Part shown: positions 23,771 to 26,121 of the stretch, piece by piece
Position numbering within the stretch: position 1 is the first letter of the stretch
Layout: every line of letters starts with the position of its first letter
Origin: a virus
Lineage: Duplodnaviria; Caudoviricetes
DNA length: 26,121 bases
Reading direction: 5' to 3' (one strand)
Virus record (IMG/VR): IMGVR_UViG_3300024275_000026
Location: 1 to 26,121 of that record
The notes under the pieces: generated by a model
What the model was told of the DNA's origin: nothing
Databases searched by the model: none
Seen by the model: the letters and a program-made list of their open reading frames with translations, nothing else
Program-made: the position numbers and the translations under genes

Positions 23771-25845
23771 TACCGGCAAAGCCTTATCCAGCGGCCCTCC
23801 CGCTTGATCTTCCCTCGCTCCGCTAATCTGAGGAGAGTACGCTTCACGTTGTCCGCCCTCGGGTAGTCCGGTTCTTTCAAAGGGTTTACAATCTCATCCG
23901 CCTGAATGGCCGAAATGACGCCAATTTCGTCCACATTCGCATCCCCCAAACCGACAAGTTCTTCGATGATTTCGAGATACTTTCTTGCCTTGGCGTACTT
24001 GTCGCTCGTCTCAAACTCCCCGCCTGTCGATTTGCGTTCTTTCCCCTGTTTGGCTGGCGGCTCGTAACTTTCCTGCGCGACGGTGCATGAGGTTACGGGC
24101 TTGCCGTTCGGTTTGAACGCGAGCGGCGCGGAGACCATGAGAGAAAAAGGGTAGGTTTTGCCGGCTTCGCCTTCCCGGTGTTTGAGTTGCTTTACCCATT
24201 GCTTGCGCTTGTCCGATTCGCCTTCGGAGATGACCTCCAGAACAGCGTCCACGTCGTTGTAGAAAACACCTGAGCCGCGATGGCTACCGCCTTCCTTGGT
24301 CGAGTGGTGCACGAAAATGACAAGGCATTGCAGATCGTCGGCCAGGACTTTCAGGTTACGAAGCATCTTCGCTACGTCCTGCTGGCTGCTGTCGTCGCCT
24401 TCAAATGATGCGGACATCGTGTCAACGATGATGACAGCGGGTACGCCAACCGCGCGCGCCGCATCCCGAACCGCTTCGACAGAAGTCGTGCTGCCCAGAT
24501 TAGGCGCCACATCCGCGACGAACGGCGCACGCCACTCGGGGTGGATGGCCTTCACCGCCTGGATACGCTTCTTGATGCCCCGCCCTGCTTCCGCCGCTAC
24601 GTACATCACATCGCCCTGCTTCACGTCTTTATCGCGCCACTTGACGCCGTTCTGCATGCGAAAAGCCATATCCAGCATCCAGAAAGTTTTTCCGGAACCC
24701 GACTGGCCATACACCATGGCGAGGCCTTGGGATGGCAGGACATCTTCCACGATCTCGTCCGCCGCGTTGAAGTCGGTTGCGTAGTCGTCGCCTGAGTAGA
24801 ACCGGAAGGCCATATCGGAAGGCGTGGGCGCGTTAGACTTGCCGCCCAGCGCCGCAGGATCGACGCCGAGCCGCTCGCAAATCCAGTTCGCGGCCTGCGC
24901 AGCGTCGTTCAGTTCTCGCCACTCCAGAACCAGATCGATAGGTGAGCGCTTGCCGTCGCGCGCGTCGCCCTGGTCCGCCACACCGAAATCCTTGATGCCT
25001 TCCGGCACGATGGAAATGTCTTCTTCGAGCAGGCGCCCTAGCGACGCTGACGAAATGCGGTAACCGCCCTGTTTGTACTGCTGCGCGTCAGGGAACAGTT
25101 CCGGAACCCAGGCTGCGAACGACTTCATGGCGAGCGCATTCACGCGCTGGTAGAACGTGCGCGGTGTCTCCGCAAGCGCGATATCCAGATCTGACGGCTC
25201 TTCCTTCTCTTCGCCCGGCAGATCGAGCGAGAGAAGGTAATCCGGGTCCACGTAGCCTGTACCCTTCGATTGCCAGGACCAGAATGGCGCCTTGCGGTTC
25301 ACGACAGGCAGATACATCAGCCGGGACGGTTCAAGACTGCCACGGTCTAGCTCAGCGGCGCCAAACAGGCCGTGAAGCGCGCGAACACAGCGCGGGTACT
25401 CCCCGGGGGTGACATCGCGCGAGAACGGCACCATGAGCCGCAGGCGCGGCGCTTCGTCCGTGTGGCTGCGAGTCGTGTGCCCGACGTATGCGAACGGCAC
25501 GACACCGCCAGTGAGTTCCGCTTCTTCAAGTCGGCGGAACAGATCCAGCGTATCGTGGTCATAGTCCAGCTGGGCAGCGCTCCGGCTTGTGACGCTCTGT
25601 TTGCTGCGCACGCCATCGTGAAACACGCCGAACGATATGAATGCCGATTTCTTCAGCTGGTTGCGCTTCGGCTTGGGAAGCGCCATGAACTCGCTATGTT
25701 CTATCGGTGAGTCAACCGGCGTGCTCGACAGCGCGACGAGCGCGTTCCAGTCGAGATACTCCAGCGACACAAGACCGAGGTTGCTGCTTTTGCCTTTCCC
25801 AACGGCGAGCAGCCGTTCTGACGGTGCATTTTCCATTGGTGTCAT
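23770..25845 (-). CDS. primase-helicase (AEP-like N-terminus plus RepA/AAA_25-like helicase)
   Basis: QLDYD, HTTRSHT..PRLRL.VP and SRLMYLP in the N-domain. Walker A YGQSGSGKT, YVAAE, Walker B IIVDT, HHSTK...RGS. Confidence 0.88.
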   Translation of the reverse strand: MTPMENAPSERLLAVGKGKSSNLGLVSLEYLDWNALVALSSTPVDSPIEHSEFMALPKPKRNQLKKSAFISFGVFHDGVRSKQSVTSRSAAQLDYDHDTLDLFRRLEEAELTGGVVPFAYVGHTTRSHTDEAPRLRLMVPFSRDVTPGEYPRCVRALHGLFGAAELDRGSLEPSRLMYLPVVNRKAPFWSWQSKGTGYVDPDYLLSLDLPGEEKEEPSDLDIALAETPRTFYQRVNALAMKSFAAWVPELFPDAQQYKQGGYRISSASLGRLLEEDISIVPEGIKDFGVADQGDARDGKRSPIDLVLEWRELNDAAQAANWICERLGVDPAALGGKSNAPTPSDMAFRFYSGDDYATDFNAADEIVEDVLPSQGLAMVYGQSGSGKTFWMLDMAFRMQNGVKWRDKDVKQGDVMYVAAEAGRGIKKRIQAVKAIHPEWRAPFVADVAPNLGSTTSVEAVRDAARAVGVPAVIIVDTMSASFEGDDSSQQDVAKMLRNLKVLADDLQCLVIFVHHSTKEGGSHRGSGVFYNDVDAVLEVISEGESDKRKQWVKQLKHREGEAGKTYPFSLMVSAPLAFKPNGKPVTSCTVAQESYEPPAKQGKERKSTGGEFETSDKYAKARKYLEIIEELVGLGDANVDEIGVISAIQADEIVNPLKEPDYPRADNVKRTLLRLAERGKIKREGRWIRLCR

Positions 25846-26117
25846 TGCGCCTCACCATTCACGTGGATGAGCGTCTTGACGCATTTTGTCGGCGGGCCTT
25901 CCACGACAACAATTGTGCTGGCGCCAAGATCCGCGCCGCGATGTCCGTATGCCTTACGCTGATCCATGGTCAGAGGTAGAAGGCTGGCGAATATGATAGC
26001 GTTGTCCGCCGGAATCAGAATATAGGCCTCTTCGTCCGGCAGCATGCAAACCAGAAAATCAGCGCCGTCGTCCGCGATGAACTTCACCCAAGAAGAAATC
26101 AGATCGGTATGTGTCAT
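25842..26117 (-). CDS. hypothetical protein (91 aa)
   Basis: ORF whose stop overlaps the primase-helicase ATG (ATGA). Confidence 0.65.
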   Translation of the reverse strand: MTHTDLISSWVKFIADDGADFLVCMLPDEEAYILIPADNAIIFASLLPLTMDQRKAYGHRGADLGASTIVVVEGPPTKCVKTLIHVNGEAQ

Positions 26118-26121
26118 CAGG

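Larger units (their letters stand above)
1..26121. mobile_element. podovirus-like phage/prophage genome segment (packaging, head, tail, lysis, ejection, replication)
   Basis: Terminase, portal, scaffold, capsid, adaptor, nozzle and three ejection-type genes, with no tape measure or sheath. No host housekeeping context or att site in the window. Confidence 0.93.

Noticed and set aside
1-26121. Integrase, att sites, repressor, tRNA/rRNA
   Set aside because: None recognisable in the window, so temperate versus lytic lifestyle cannot be decided.

Overview
The window is a contiguous ~26 kb piece of a tailed dsDNA phage or prophage genome with podovirus-like organisation. It is GC-rich, and a Burkholderiales-like host is my inference only. 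Most genes are on the minus strand. Read right to left: hypothetical, primase-helicase, iteron/palindrome block (likely ori), three small plus-strand genes behind a sigma70 promoter, a palindrome-rich intergenic region (possible genome end/packaging site), NUMOD4-HNH, conserved hypothetical, terminase large subunit, second HNH, four tiny basic ORFs, portal, a minimal M48/M56-like zinc peptidase, a T/G-rich fibre, a 173-aa virion protein, scaffold, N4-gp56-like major capsid protein, two hypotheticals, two tail/adaptor proteins, Gly-rich fibre, lysis genes (GH19 endolysin, holin), a 2OG-Fe(II) hydroxylase, a cupin, three ejection proteins, an antisense small membrane-protein gene, and a PurD-like ATP-grasp gene that runs off the left edge and is missing from the ORF track. 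The most interesting signal is that the three consecutive head proteins share a basic-hydrophobic N-terminal leader ending L(F/Y)P(G/S). They are bracketed by their own promoter and terminator, and an HExxH metallopeptidase sits where a prohead protease normally lies, suggesting a leader-directed, metalloprotease-matured capsid assembly system. No integrase, tRNA, CRISPR or reverse transcriptase is visible. All family calls come from motif recognition by eye, not from database searches.
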